This document shows, piece after piece, positions 62,937-64,000 of a stretch of DNA of 64,000 nt. Location of the stretch: positions 6,448,001 through 6,512,000 of the forward strand of contig NC_134029.1 in the NCBI RefSeq assembly GCF_964204645.1, in the 5' to 3' direction. Position 1 is the stretch's first letter. Each line of letters opens with the position of its first letter. The notes under the pieces were generated by a model. That model was not told the DNA's origin and searched no databases. It worked only from the letters and a program-made list of their open reading frames with translations. Source of the stretch: Tubulanus polymorphus (Eukaryota; Animalia; Nemertea). The position numbers and the translations under genes are program-made.

Positions 62937-64000
62937 TCATATGACACCATGAAACAGGAGAAACGAAGAGGATTTGCATTGATCAAATCAGACAACGTGG
63001 TTGATAGCGTTAAATGAATCGTTTTAATAGTATTCACCTGGAAGTGATGTATCTCATAGTTGGAGAAAGGAATTGGCCGTTTTTTTCAGTCATTTATAGA
63101 TATACCGGTATTTATGTCGATAAAAAAAGATTTTAATGGACTACTGTATATTGAATTTTCGGCTGGAGCTCATATTATAGTAATGATTTTGGATTTTCTT
63201 AGAATCTGTGTATACGTATTGCTTTTGAGAGCGAGAAGTTCACTGAATATATTATTTTCCTGTACATAGAATATATCATAACATTTTCAATATTCATAAA
63301 ATGTCTTGTACATACGGTTACCGATACACATAAATTCGATTGATAGTTTTGCATACACATTATTCGCGTAGAAACGATATGGAAATATTTTTTCCGAAAT
63401 TCGGGAGGATTATTTCATTACCGTAATATCGTAATAACACATGACATTCGTATGTTTGATATTTGAATGATTAATGTTTTTCGCACTTTCTAAATCATCT
63501 AACTTCTAAAATTGGCTGTATGTTCGTTGACTGTTAACAAAATCTGTGAAATACAAAAAAATGGAAATATCTCTTGGGTCAGCTTTGTGTAGATCAAATT
63601 GTTCCAGCTGTATTCATTGTATATTTATTCAGTGTCTTCAATAAACTAGATATTTTAACTGATACAATTGTTTTCAAATTACAATTTTTCTTCATTTGGT
63701 TTTACCAGCGCATGAATGGAGTTAAGGGATGACGGAGGACATCGAAGGGACACAAGACTTTCAGGGATGCTGATCTTTTTCAATACGCTTACCATGATTA
63801 GATGGCATATCTGGTTTTACTCGAGCAAGAGAATTTCAAGGCTTTAGGTTGGACTGAGCTATAGCCTGCCACACCTCACACGCACTTCTCTGCGAGCCCC
63901 CGCAATAATACCATCAACATAAGCACTGCTCAAGTGACTCCCAGGAACGGGTGTGATAAGTGAAACCATTTTAACAAGTTGCACATCATGTCTTCTCTCT

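Noticed and set aside
63700-64000. GC-richer terminal segment, possibly a coding exon or repeat
   Set aside because: The minus-strand frames I checked close quickly, no family is recognisable, and it is truncated by the window edge.

Overview
Eukaryotic, AT-rich, intron-dense DNA from an invertebrate animal (probably a spiralian/lophotrochozoan; the taxon is inferred, not shown). No prokaryotic systems are present. Seven spliced genes can be reconstructed: PCM1 (+, 5' end outside the window), a BTB-BACK gene of the BTBD17-like type (-), FRG1 (+), a DCN1-like gene DCUN1D4/5 (-), SERF (+), SMN (-) and SUGP1 (+). Introns and UTRs hold several MITE families, tRNA-derived SINE-like pieces and a 62-bp minisatellite. 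The most interesting observations are: an apparent array of alternative phase-0 first exons for the BTB gene, one of them a 331-codon acidic exon with a Cys-cluster N-terminus; two homologous tandem PCM1 exons that may be mutually exclusive; a candidate poison exon with a perfect TACTAAC branch point inside the SURP-splitting intron of SUGP1; SERF-SMN and PCM1-FRG1 neighbourhoods that echo mammalian loci; and an 8-bp-TSD MITE whose long TIRs carry Pol III B-boxes. All splice models were derived by eye and need RNA-seq confirmation.
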